This document shows, in pieces, positions 9,875 to 19,271 of a stretch of DNA of 64,000 bases. The DNA is from Candidatus Multivoradales bacterium (GTDB lineage: Bacteria > Acidobacteriota > Thermoanaerobaculia > Multivoradales > JAHEKO01). Below the pieces are notes generated by a model, which saw only the letters and a program-made list of their open reading frames with translations, searched no databases and was not told the DNA's origin. Position numbers and translations under genes: made by a program. The DNA lies in assembly GCA_965248055.1 (NCBI GenBank), contig CBDFIJ010000004.1:1280001-1344000 (forward strand). Direction: 5' to 3'. Each line of letters opens with the position of its first letter. Position 1 is the stretch's first letter.

Positions 9875-10986
9875 ACCCCTTCAATCTCCAGTTGTGCCAA
9901 TTGCTCCAAGCTTGCGGCGCCGCAACAAAACATCGCGATCCGCAGCTCCCGAATCCACCGACTGGCTTGCTCGGCAACCTTCTCTGGACTCTCCAGCGCA
10001 GGGCCAAGAAACGGCTGCGCCATCGCCACCCAACTGGCCCCGAGACTGATCGCTTTGGCTCCGTCCAAGCCATTGCGAATACCACCGCTGCCGATTACCT
10101 CGATCCCGGAAATTCCCTCCAGATTGCGAATCGCGATCGGCGAAGGGATCCCCCAATCGGCGAACACCTCACCCAGCGAGCGATCCCCGGCCCTAGATGC
10201 CTCGATACGGCCCCAGTCCGTCCCGCCGCTCCCCGCAGCATCGATCAGGGTCACTCCGACATCGCGCAAAGCCAAGGCACTTTGACGGTCAATCCCGTGG
10301 CCAATCTCCTTGACCATCACCGGAACCTCCAGGCTCCGGACGATCGGTTCGAGCTGGCGTAGAAGATCGGAGAAATTGCTTTGCCCCTCGGGCTGGATCG
10401 CCTCCTGAAGCGCGTTCAGATGAAACGCCAACCCATCGGCCTGCACCATTTCGACCGCTCGTTGGCATTGGTCAATTCCGTAGCCATAGTTGAGCTGCAC
10501 CATCCCCAAATTGGCGATCACCGGGATCTCCGGTGCCACCTCGCGTACCGAATAGGTCGAAACCAAGGTCGGGTCTTCGATCGCCGCTCGCTGTGAGCCC
10601 AGACCGAACGCCAAGCCAATTTCCTGAGCCGCAGCAGCGAGGTTGCGATTGATCACCTCGGCCTGCGCGGTACCCCCGGTCATCGCGCCAATGATCAAAG
10701 GTGCGGAAATCGGCTTGCCGAGAAATTCGCCGCTGGTCGATATTGCCTCCAACGAGATCTCCGGCAAAGCCCGATGCGGCAACCGCAGCTGATCAAAGCT
10801 TCGATTCTGTCTGTGCATCCCAGGTCCCGCCATCCCGCTTCTCTGTATGCCAAGTCCCTGCATCTGGGGGTCTAGAGCAAGCTCAATGTGTTCACTCTTG
10901 CGGCTCTCAAAATCCTCGTCAGGGTCGCTCGGAATCGATGGAAGCGCGGGCGTGGACATGGGAATGATTGGGGCCGAATTTGCCAC
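9871..10986 (-). CDS. fni: Type 2 isopentenyl-diphosphate isomerase (FMN)
   Basis: RKSEHI, AMTGG, GSQRAA, HLNALQEAIQPEG, KEIGHG, GGTDW, SGGIRNGLD. Confidence 0.93.
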   Translation of the reverse strand: MANSAPIIPMSTPALPSIPSDPDEDFESRKSEHIELALDPQMQGLGIQRSGMAGPGMHRQNRSFDQLRLPHRALPEISLEAISTSGEFLGKPISAPLIIGAMTGGTAQAEVINRNLAAAAQEIGLAFGLGSQRAAIEDPTLVSTYSVREVAPEIPVIANLGMVQLNYGYGIDQCQRAVEMVQADGLAFHLNALQEAIQPEGQSNFSDLLRQLEPIVRSLEVPVMVKEIGHGIDRQSALALRDVGVTLIDAAGSGGTDWGRIEASRAGDRSLGEVFADWGIPSPIAIRNLEGISGIEVIGSGGIRNGLDGAKAISLGASWVAMAQPFLGPALESPEKVAEQASRWIRELRIAMFCCGAASLEQLAQLEIEGV

Positions 10987-11068
10987 TCAGGTTGGTCAGC
11001 GATGATAGCACCGCCTCGACGTTGCCCAGGAGGCGACGCGCCCACTCCGAGGCCGAAGAACCCGATCT

Positions 11069-11680
11069 CTAGCCGTCGAGGTCCTCCTGCTGTGGCTGCT
11101 CTTGTCCTGGACGGGCAAAAGGAACCACCTTACCTGCCGGGGGCTCTACTTTCCCTGGGTCCGAACCCTGACTTGGCGCATCGATCTTTTCCACTTTTGC
11201 CTCAAAGCGTGAAGCTGGCTCTGAGGTTGATGGCGCTGCCGCAGGCGATCCGCCATTCTCCTCAGATCCTTCTTCCTGATCGTTATCCGTCGACGAGGAA
11301 TCGGTCTCTGCTCCCTGTAACTGCAAACTGCCTTCATCAGTGGTCTCAAACCCGAACTGGGCCGTGGGGTCGGCAAATCCACACACTGCCAACCAAGGCA
11401 CCAAAAGACGCTCGCGGACACCGCCGAACGCCAAGACCACGGAAAAATCGCTCTCAGCCAATTCCAGATCCCAAAATTGATGCTCCAACACGATCGTCAT
11501 CTTCTGTGGATACCGCTCTTTGAGCGCGTCGCTGATTTCGACTTCTGGATGATCGGTCTTGAAACTGACATAGAGCGCGTGACCCTTGGGGATTCCCTGC
11601 TCCGAGACCACTTCGAGTACCTTAGGAATCACCGAAAGCATCCCTTCGACCAACCACTTTTGGTAGTCCAGGCCGCTCAC
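11069..11680 (-). CDS. sspB: SspB family ClpXP adaptor (alphaproteobacterial/DUF1321 type)
   Basis: H.LYVSFKT.HP.V, YPQKMTIVLEHQFWDL, FGG..E.L.VP, F.DP..QFG, acidic tail with GKVV; GTG at 11680 overlaps the upstream TGA. Confidence 0.8.
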   Translation of the reverse strand: MSGLDYQKWLVEGMLSVIPKVLEVVSEQGIPKGHALYVSFKTDHPEVEISDALKERYPQKMTIVLEHQFWDLELAESDFSVVLAFGGVRERLLVPWLAVCGFADPTAQFGFETTDEGSLQLQGAETDSSSTDNDQEEGSEENGGSPAAAPSTSEPASRFEAKVEKIDAPSQGSDPGKVEPPAGKVVPFARPGQEQPQQEDLDG

Positions 11681-13386
11681 GATGATCCACCTTCGCTGGC
11701 TTTGTCGTTTGCTTTCTGATCGGCCTCGACCTTCTCCTCGAAACCCATATGTTGCAAATGGGCCCACACCTGACGCTTTGCCAGCGGCTGCACAAACACC
11801 GGCAATTCTTCCTCGTAGGCGGCCTTGACCAAGCGAGACATCTTGCGTTCGCCGTTATCCCATGCCTCCTGAATCCGACTCTCCCGCCATTGCCGATGCT
11901 TCAACGCGCGCGTGAAATGCTGCCTTCCGTCGAGCAAGGCCGGGCCGTGGGCCGGCAATGCCAGAAAGTGGCTCATCTCCGCAAGACGCGCCAAGGATCG
12001 AAAGTAATCTCCCATGTTGCCATCTGGAGAATCGATAACAATCGTGCTCACACCGGAAATCATGTCACCCGCGATGAGCCAGCGGTCATGGTCACAAGAA
12101 AAACACAAATGGCCAGAAGCATGCCCGGGCGTATGCATAGCCGTGACTTGCAAATCTGGGCCCAAATCTGGATCTCCGATGAGCGTCATCTGCTGGCCGT
12201 CAGCAAGCGTGCGCTCGACTGCAATCTGTCCTTCAAGTCGTTGCGCGGTCTTGGCGTGAGCAGCAATCGGCACTCTCAAGGCACCGGCTAACGCTGCCAC
12301 GCCGCCAACGTGGTCGGGATGGTGGTGGGTCAGCCAGATCTCCTTCACCGCAGCCAGCCCCCCGGGCAACGCAGACAGTGCTGCCAAGAATCGTTGCTGC
12401 TGCTCGGGAAACGGCGACCCCGGATCGACAACTACGCGTTCCCCATTGCCCAAGACAAAACAATTGGTGGTCGCTGCTGGAGGAAGAGTCGGCGTCACTA
12501 ACGGAAACAACAACACCCCGGGCTGAAACTCAATGCGGCGAAACGCGCCGATATTCGCCTCGCTGGGAGTCACTAGGCGTTGCAAGGTCGAATCGTTGGC
12601 GGTCGGATCGCCTTCTGCCGTCTCCCCAGAACCAGCCCCAGAACCAACTCCTGAACCAATCCCAACCTCAGCCCCAATCTCAGCCCCAATCTCAGCCAAG
12701 GCTCGCAAGATGTACAACACCGGCGGCGCCGCCATCACCGCACCGTTTTGCCAACGCTCTATCCCCTCAATCGGTCGAATCCACTCAGCGGTTTCCACCT
12801 CGTGCTGCCACCGCTGCGGCTCAAGCCGGTCAGCATCCAGAAGAAAAAACCGGTTGTCAAAACGCATCGGGCCCAGCGGAGGGGTTAACCACCGTCCGGC
12901 ATAGGTCAGTTTGCTGGCGTCAAAAGGTCCGTATTTATCCACCAGATCCACAATCGTGGCTTCTTGGCTTCGTAAACCATCGAGATCGTCATCCGCCACC
13001 TCAACCAACTTCTCCCCCACCCACCAACCCATCTCCTCCACCAACTCCCTGAGAGCCGTAGCCACCAGCCCCGGGATCATCAAATTCGCTAACTCAATCC
13101 CATCCGTCATCGCTGGAGGCAAAGCACCCCTCGGGTCTGTTCCCGGCGGAATCCGCACCTCCCCAACCACCTCCAACCCAGCATCTGCCGACGCCAGCCC
13201 GCCTCCGGGGAACGCGTACCACCCACCCATGAACCGCTGGCCCCGCGCTCGCCGCATCCACAACACCTCGGCGCGTCCCCCGCGCATCCGATAAGGGATC
13301 ACCGCCGCCGAGGCACGAGGAGGCCGCGGTGCAACAACTGCTAGCCCCTGAGCGGCTTGGAGAACTTTTTCGTAAAGACCGGACAT
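11677..13386 (-). CDS. NUDIX hydrolase fused to an MBL-fold (LACTB2-like) hydrolase
   Basis: FPGG...ALRELVEEMG, WLTP...RFDNRFF; then TPTLPPA.TTN, THHHPDHVGG, HTPGH, PAHG; probable ATG at 13386. Confidence 0.85.
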   Translation of the reverse strand: MSGLYEKVLQAAQGLAVVAPRPPRASAAVIPYRMRGGRAEVLWMRRARGQRFMGGWYAFPGGGLASADAGLEVVGEVRIPPGTDPRGALPPAMTDGIELANLMIPGLVATALRELVEEMGWWVGEKLVEVADDDLDGLRSQEATIVDLVDKYGPFDASKLTYAGRWLTPPLGPMRFDNRFFLLDADRLEPQRWQHEVETAEWIRPIEGIERWQNGAVMAAPPVLYILRALAEIGAEIGAEVGIGSGVGSGAGSGETAEGDPTANDSTLQRLVTPSEANIGAFRRIEFQPGVLLFPLVTPTLPPAATTNCFVLGNGERVVVDPGSPFPEQQQRFLAALSALPGGLAAVKEIWLTHHHPDHVGGVAALAGALRVPIAAHAKTAQRLEGQIAVERTLADGQQMTLIGDPDLGPDLQVTAMHTPGHASGHLCFSCDHDRWLIAGDMISGVSTIVIDSPDGNMGDYFRSLARLAEMSHFLALPAHGPALLDGRQHFTRALKHRQWRESRIQEAWDNGERKMSRLVKAAYEEELPVFVQPLAKRQVWAHLQHMGFEEKVEADQKANDKASEGGSS

Positions 13387-13410
13387 AGGGCCCAGTTTAC
13401 CGATCCTTCC

Positions 13411-13431
13411 TAAGTGCCACCCGAATATTTG
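13411..13431 (+). repeat. Inverted copy of the transposase-associated motif at the island's left boundary
   Basis: taagtgccacccgaatatttg vs reverse complement of the 21449-21480 copy (taagttccacccgaataatgc). Confidence 0.65.
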
Positions 13432-13513
13432 TATTTGAAGAACAGGAAGCATGAGCCCACGCCCATGGGTTGCCAAGAAGCTAGGCAGCCTGGGTTCACT
13501 AGGTAAATCTTTT

Positions 13514-13532
13514 GATGTGTTAACATCTGATG
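13514..13532 (+). promoter_or_regulatory. vapBC-1 operator palindrome overlapping an extended -10 box
   Basis: GATGT-GTTA-ACATC plus CATC-T-GATG and TGnTAACAT; conserved upstream of copy 2 as GATG-TGATAG-CATC-T-GATG. Confidence 0.55.
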
Positions 13533-13533
13533 C

Positions 13534-13776
13534 GTACGCACCACCCTTAACCTCGCCGAAGATATCCTCCTAGCGATCAAAGAACGCGCCCGCCGCCAGG
13601 GTCGTAGCGCCGGGGAGGTACTCTCTGAATTGGCCCGCGAAGCCTTGACTCGCGATCGGGTCGCCGGCGAAGTCGCTGAAGATGGCGTTTTCTACGGTTT
13701 CGAGCCACTCCCCCGCCGCGGCCCTGCGATCTCCAACGAACTGATCGATCAACTGCTGGAGGACGAGCCAGATTGA
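13534..13776 (+). pseudogene. vapB: VapB/CopG-type antitoxin copy 1 lacking a start codon (GTA where copy 2 has ATG)
   Basis: Frame reads (V)RTTLNLAEDILLAIKERARRQG...EDEPD*, homologous to 23348-23590; in-frame TGA at 13528-13530 excludes upstream starts. Confidence 0.7.
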
Positions 13777-14201
13777 TGCGTGCGCTCCTCGACGTCAATG
13801 TGCTTCTCGCCCTGCTCGACGCCGACCATGTCGACCATCGGCTTGCTCGCGCATGGCTCAATCGCGACATCGGACACGGCTGGGCGTCCTGCGCGATCAC
13901 CCAGAATGGTTTTGTCCGCGTCGTGACTCAGGAGCGCTACCCAAGCCCGGTGTCAACGAAGGAAGCGACTCAGAGGCTGCGGCGAGCGACTTCCACCGAG
14001 CATCACCAGTTCCTGCCCTGCGATGCCAGCATCCTCGATGAAGTTATCCTCGCCGACCGCATTCATGGATCGAGACAAGTGACTGATGTGTATCTGCTGG
14101 CTCTCGCCATCGCGCACGGCTGCCGCTTCGTAACCTTCGACCGCTCGGTCCCGCTGTCCGCCGTAGTGGGTGCGGACCCGGAACACCTGCTCACTTTGTA
14201 G
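13776..14201 (+). CDS. vapC: PIN-domain VapC toxin, copy 1
   Basis: LLDVNVLLAL, QVTDVYLLALA, FVTFDR; TGATG overlap with the antitoxin. Confidence 0.9.
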   Translation: MRALLDVNVLLALLDADHVDHRLARAWLNRDIGHGWASCAITQNGFVRVVTQERYPSPVSTKEATQRLRRATSTEHHQFLPCDASILDEVILADRIHGSRQVTDVYLLALAIAHGCRFVTFDRSVPLSAVVGADPEHLLTL

Positions 14202-14250
14202 GGTTCCGGCCCGTAGGTACAGAACCGGGTGCAGAACCGGCCGCCCGCCC

Positions 14251-14340
14251 TCGCATTATTCGGGTGGAACCTATTTGGGGCGGGGCGTCGGGCACGGAGA
14301 TGAGTAAGTGGTAGTGGTTGGACATGAAGGCGAAGGCGTG
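14251..14340 (-). mobile_element. Transposase-associated motif (14251-14278) plus a 56-bp internal transposase fragment (14285-14340) covering the HUH motif
   Basis: tcgcattattcgggtggaacctatttgg; the fragment matches 21207-21262 and encodes [19 protein letters not shown]. Confidence 0.85.
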
Positions 14341-14487
14341 GCAGTGCTCATATGTCATGGACGCATACAGGTTCCCCGAGGAAGCTCTCTACGCTTGCAG
14401 TTTGCGCCGGCTACCCGCTTACGGGAGTTTGTTTAGCCCGGCCGCCCGGTTTCAGTCTGGTAATGTCATTCTCAGGCGGACTCCAGT

Positions 14488-15273
14488 ATGGCTATTAGAT
14501 TCACCGAGGCGTTGGCCGCAGAGTATTCGGGGCGCTACGACTCCTGCGAAATCCGGACGGAGAGGTTTGCCGAGGTGGACCGCGTCGCAGACGCCGTCGT
14601 GGCGAGCAAGAGTCGCTACGAAGCGGCGGCCGGAGGCTTAGGCATCCCATGGTTTTTTGTCGGCGGTATCCACAATCTGGAGAGCAGTCTCCGCGTCGAC
14701 CGCCATCTCCACAATGGTGATCCACTCACCGGTCGTACGGTCCACGTGCCTCCCGGCCGTCCCCCGACCGGCAATCCGCCCTTCACCTGGGAAGAGAGCG
14801 CCGCTGACGCGCTCACCTTCGAACGGCTGGATCGAGTCGATGACTGGTCACTTCCCCGTCTCCTCTACGAAGCCGAAAAATACAACGGTTGGGGCTATCG
14901 TCGCCACCACCCGGAAGTGCTGTCACCCTACCTGTGGAGCTTCACCAACCACTACGAAAAGGGCAAGTACGTGGCCGACGGTCGCTGGTCGGAAACCGCG
15001 GTGTCCAGACAATGCGGTTTCGCGGCCGTGATCAGAAGACTGGAGGAGCGCACCGAGATCCCGCCGCTCGCGGCTCATCCACCCTCCAGGACATTCTTCA
15101 GGTTTTCGCGAATCAGCGCGGAAAAAAGCCGTGTCGTAGACCTGCAGCGGTTCCTGAACACGTTCGACGGGATTCGCCTGCGAGTCGACGGCGCGCCGGG
15201 CCCCAAGACATCCGCCGCTGTAGAGAGGATCTTCGGTGCCTACTTGGAAGGCGACCCGCGCAATGAGGAGTAA
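14488..15273 (+). CDS. Lysozyme-like (COG5526-type) peptidoglycan hydrolase with C-terminal peptidoglycan-binding domain
   Basis: IPWFFVG.IH..ES, LHNGDPLT.RTVHVP.GRP, WEESA.DAL, E.YNG.GY, SPYLWS, GKYVADG; LQRFLN...LRVDG.PGPKT. Confidence 0.8.
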   Translation: MAIRFTEALAAEYSGRYDSCEIRTERFAEVDRVADAVVASKSRYEAAAGGLGIPWFFVGGIHNLESSLRVDRHLHNGDPLTGRTVHVPPGRPPTGNPPFTWEESAADALTFERLDRVDDWSLPRLLYEAEKYNGWGYRRHHPEVLSPYLWSFTNHYEKGKYVADGRWSETAVSRQCGFAAVIRRLEERTEIPPLAAHPPSRTFFRFSRISAEKSRVVDLQRFLNTFDGIRLRVDGAPGPKTSAAVERIFGAYLEGDPRNEE

Positions 15274-15802
15274 GCCGGCGTTGGGAGTCAAGCGTTCGAC
15301 ACCCTTACTCTTGCTCGCCCTGGTCATTGGCGCCTGCAGTGGCCCGCCGTCGAATCAGGCCGTCAAGACTGAGGAAATGCCGCCGGATCAGGCGGCGTCG
15401 GTGACCACGGTCGTCGACGGCGACGGGGACGGCCTATGGGCCACGACCACCGACGGGCGTCAATTGCTTGCAGACGACGGCAAGTACTACGAAGCACGGG
15501 TGTCACCGGACGGACGCTTCATTGCCGCTGACATCGCCGTGTTCAGCAATCTGCAGGTAACGCGGCTTTACCGGCGCCCCTCGGGCTCAGAGCCCTGGCA
15601 GCCGGCAGCCAACGTTTCCGAGACCGCTTGGAAGGCTGCAGCGCAGGCCCAAGAGTTCACAATCGAAGACGTGATCAACCCCCGGACCCGGTTTGTAGCG
15701 TGGTCGGAAGACGGAACCGCCCTCGAACTGGAAGTTTCCGGAACGCTGCCCGACGGCTCCGAGCTGCGCCACACCCATTCTGTGCAGCTCGAAGCCGATT
15801 GA
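15263..15802 (+). CDS. Lipoprotein of unknown function, candidate immunity partner of the hydrolase
   Basis: Hydrophobic leader ending in lipobox IGAC; SPDGR and WSEDG TolB-like turns; start overlaps the hydrolase stop. Confidence 0.6.
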   Translation: MRSKPALGVKRSTPLLLLALVIGACSGPPSNQAVKTEEMPPDQAASVTTVVDGDGDGLWATTTDGRQLLADDGKYYEARVSPDGRFIAADIAVFSNLQVTRLYRRPSGSEPWQPAANVSETAWKAAAQAQEFTIEDVINPRTRFVAWSEDGTALELEVSGTLPDGSELRHTHSVQLEAD

Positions 15803-16029
15803 GGCCCTGCCGGAGTCCCGATCCCCTGCTACGACAATGAGGCGGCGCGAGCTCGTCACCTGACTGGCGCTTCTGTCTGGCGACCTAGCGCCGCTCCATT
15901 CAATGATCCCGGCGGTGACCGTATCCTTTTGCCCCCACGCTTCAGCGGGATCATCTCCACCTTTGACCGCGACAAAATGTCTTGTCGCTATCTTCCGAGC
16001 CTGAGTCGCAGTGAGTTCTCCGTGACTGC

Positions 16030-16391
16030 CTAGAACTTCTCCCGCCAACCGTGCATACGCCCAAGCTCTCGGGCGATATTGCTGTTGAGGTAGCCAACAA
16101 ACTGCGCCATTCGCTGAGCGTCAGGCACAGAGATCAGCATGTGGTAGTGGTTGGACATGAAGGCGAAGGCGTGTATCTCCACCGGGTAGAGCCGCTGCGC
16201 CCTGCCCATGACACCAAGGATCGCGTCGTTGGCTGCTGGTGAGGGCTTTAAGAGATACCGCCCCTGGAAAGTCCGTGTCGTGACTTCAACCAGAGTGTTT
16301 TCGGTCGGAATGAAGCGAAGTCGTCGTCCCATGAAACCAGAGGCGTAAACCGACTCATTCACCTCGCATTATTCGGGTGGAACCTATTTGG
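16030..16391 (-). mobile_element. 5' fragment (~110 codons) of the Y1/RAYT-like transposase with its upstream motif
   Basis: Near-identical to 21121-21480; truncated after WREKF, before the catalytic Tyr. Confidence 0.9.
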
Positions 16392-16404
16392 AACCCATTT
16401 GGGT

Positions 16405-16505
16405 AGAGTATTTTCGGTCGGAATGAAGCGAAGTCGTCGTCCTATGAAAGGAGAGACGTAAACCGACTCGATCACCTCCCATTATTCGGGTGGAACCTAT
16501 TTAGG
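16405..16505 (-). mobile_element. Second, ~100-bp 5' fragment of the same transposase with its upstream motif
   Basis: agagtattttcggtcggaatgaagcgaagtcgtcgtcc...attattcgggtggaacctattt matches 21381-21480. Confidence 0.88.
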
Positions 16506-16584
16506 CTCAGTGGACCCTCTCTTGCGTGATTGTCAAAATCGAGAATAATTGCACTCGTGTTGGATGGTATCTGCTTGATTTGGC

Positions 16585-17397
16585 TTAGTGTTCCACACGG
16601 GGGGCGATGATCGCGTTGCAAGCCCTGATTAGATTTTTTTTGGAGTAATGGAAACCCGTAATCAACGTCATCATGTCCTCCCGTCCCAGGAGACGCCTCG
16701 TGATCTCAGGTACTCCAATTCCTTGATCGCGAAGCCTCCCCACTTCTTCGCGTAAGTTTTCCAGAAATTCGAGCTTTCTCTGGATCGCACTGCGACCCGA
16801 ATTGAGTACGCCCCGATGAGAACAGAAGACTGTTTCAAATTGCAGCTGGAGGATGTCGCGTAAGCTTTGGAGGTGAAGGCGAAGATCCTCGTCTTGTCGA
16901 AGGTATATGGTCTTGGACGATACGTAGAGGTCGCCGGAGAAAAGCCAACCCCGCTCGGGCTCCAAGTAACAAGTCATATCGCTGGAATGCCCGGGAGCTG
17001 ATATAGGAACTAGACGGAACCCACCCGCGAGCTCCAACGCCTCAGGGAGTACTGAAGTCTTGGCGGACCGTGGGCGCCCCCAGACGATGTGCTGGTATGG
17101 GCGGAGAACAAATCCATGGGCGAGCCTACGCCGTGATGCTACAGGCGCGTAAGCTCTAGCTCCGGTAGCGTCTCCGATGGAGGCTAAATTGCCACTGTGA
17201 TCCTCGTGGTGATGAGTGACAATCACTTTCGCAATGTCTCGCTCTTCTATAAAGCCCCTAACCACGGACCACTGGTTAGCCGGTCCGGTATCAATAATGG
17301 CGTCACCTAGACGGTAAAGGACGCAGGTGGTGTTTAGCCTGCCGGCAAATCGCCCGACGCGCAAACCCTCGACATCAGCGTGTTGAAATCGTGACAT
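16585..17397 (-). CDS. MBL-fold metallo-hydrolase
   Basis: IDTG, THHHEDHSGN, APGHS, LFSGDL, FCSH. Confidence 0.85.
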   Translation of the reverse strand: MSRFQHADVEGLRVGRFAGRLNTTCVLYRLGDAIIDTGPANQWSVVRGFIEERDIAKVIVTHHHEDHSGNLASIGDATGARAYAPVASRRRLAHGFVLRPYQHIVWGRPRSAKTSVLPEALELAGGFRLVPISAPGHSSDMTCYLEPERGWLFSGDLYVSSKTIYLRQDEDLRLHLQSLRDILQLQFETVFCSHRGVLNSGRSAIQRKLEFLENLREEVGRLRDQGIGVPEITRRLLGREDMMTLITGFHYSKKNLIRACNAIIAPRVEH

Positions 17398-17439
17398 CCG
17401 TTTCGATTCTCTCGTACGCCGGAAACTTCTTTGGATCCG

Positions 17440-19183
17440 TTACCGGCCTTTGGCATCCATCGGACGTTGTTCGACCGGACCTAGTTGTCTTGCCTCAGCC
17501 CATGAACGTTCTCGTGTGTTAGCTGGAAAACCCGCTCCTGCCAGAGGATCCCTTGGGAAAGGTGGGACGGGTTCAACTCCTTCGGGATACCGCAGAGGAT
17601 CGAAGACTTTCTCGATACGACGAGCGAAGTCGACATAGAACTCGCGATCAGCGAATAGATCCAGCAGAAGGTCTTCATCCAACACCCAATTACCGATCCC
17701 GTCTTCCACATACACTCCTTGAGGAACAAGCATCTCGTCCTCGATCTCTTGAAGGGCAAAGTAATACGGCTTCATGCCCTTCCAGACCTTGCGGTAGATT
17801 CTCCCGACAATCAGTTTCTGGGCTTCTCTCTTGCCACCAAAGCAAAAATCCTCGGCTGTCTCGAAGAGCGCCTTTTGAAGGACGCTGGGAAGCATTCGCT
17901 GTGGAAACGTCACTACGGAGTGGCCGTTCAGGAATCGCGCGGGATATCCTGGTATTCGACGATGGAGGAGTCGCTTCCAGTCTCGCGTTCTTGGTGTGAT
18001 GCCCTGGCAGTAGAGCTGAATGGTGAAGCAGCCGACCTGCTCAGCGAACGTCGCGATCTCGCGAACCGACCGCTCAGTGTCATTGGCGTAACCGGCAATG
18101 AACGACGCAGAAAACCTAAAGTCAAAGCGGCGCAGTCGCTCCGCTGTATCGATGTAGACGGGCATGTCCGAGTCTTTACGCATATCCTCAAGCGTAGCGT
18201 TCTCAACCGACTCAAGACCCATGGAGATGTTCCAAATGCCCGCTTTGCGCATTAGCCGCAGGAACGAATCCGAAAAGCCCTCATTACCATGAGAAAACTG
18301 ATCTGCCCGGCACAAAACGGTGAAAGTTGGCTTACGACTGCGATCCTCAAAATGACGAACGAGTGCTTCAAGAAGCTCCGTTGTTGCGTCGAGGTCAGCT
18401 CCGAAGAGGTTGTCCACAACCATGAAGCGGTCTACCCCGGTGTGCTCGAGTGCGTGACTTACGTCGTGAACAAAGTCCTCGACCGGACGCACGAAATAAC
18501 CGGCTTTGCCAAACAAACTTGTCCACGAGCAGAAGGAGCAAAAGTATGTGCAGCCCCGGGAGGCTTGTACGGGCAACTGAGTGAGGGAGAGCCGCGATTT
18601 TACGTCTCGACTGCCGACAAATGTGGAAAAATCGTAACGGTAGTTAATCTCCGCACGGCTCTGGCGTCCGCTAGAAACTTGCCAATCCCCCATTTCGTCA
18701 CGGTACCAGAGCCCGGGAATAGTGCTAAGCGCCCGATCTCGGGCAGAAGAATCTGCCAGCTCTAGAGCGTTGAGTAGAGGGATGACAGTGTTATCTCCCT
18801 CGTACAGAACAATGACATCAGCGTATCGTTGAGCTTCTTGCGGAAACATGGTGGCGTGCTCACCACCGATAACCAGATCGAACGGACACCGCGCACAAAG
18901 TCGCATCTGATTGACCAGGATTTCGTTTTCGGACCAGGATTTCGTTTTCGGCTGCGGTTGTCGTAAGTCCATTAAGCAACAAGAAACGGGGGTCGGCTTT
19001 GGCAAGCCGATCAGGGCTGATTGCCCCACAATATGGCTCAAAGAGCAAGAAACAGTCATAGTCGGTACGTTCACTAAGGATCGCCGCCATCGTCATCAAG
19101 CCCGAACGCGGCATGGTGATCGAGCTTCCCAGGTTGGGAATTGTTGGCATCATTTCGACCAGAAAAACTTTGTTACTACTCAC
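17440..19183 (-). pseudogene. B12-binding radical SAM protein, frameshifted by a 19-bp tandem duplication
   Basis: N-terminal part (SSNKVFLVE..P...ITMPRSGL) in ORF 18860-19210; GGEHAT, SRGCTYFCSFC, GLES in ORF 17440-19074; duplicated gaccaggatttcgttttcg at 18913-18950. Confidence 0.85.
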
Positions 19184-19271
19184 AGCTATTCTCCTCAACC
19201 AATACCGCAAAAGTCCGCGAAACGGAACCGCGTCAGACAGCTACTCTCGACGAACTGTCGTGCTTCTACGA

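Noticed and set aside
17440-19074. 544-aa ORF as a complete radical SAM gene
   Set aside because: Its first ~47 residues are out-of-frame sequence upstream of the 19-bp duplication; the real N-terminus lies in another frame.
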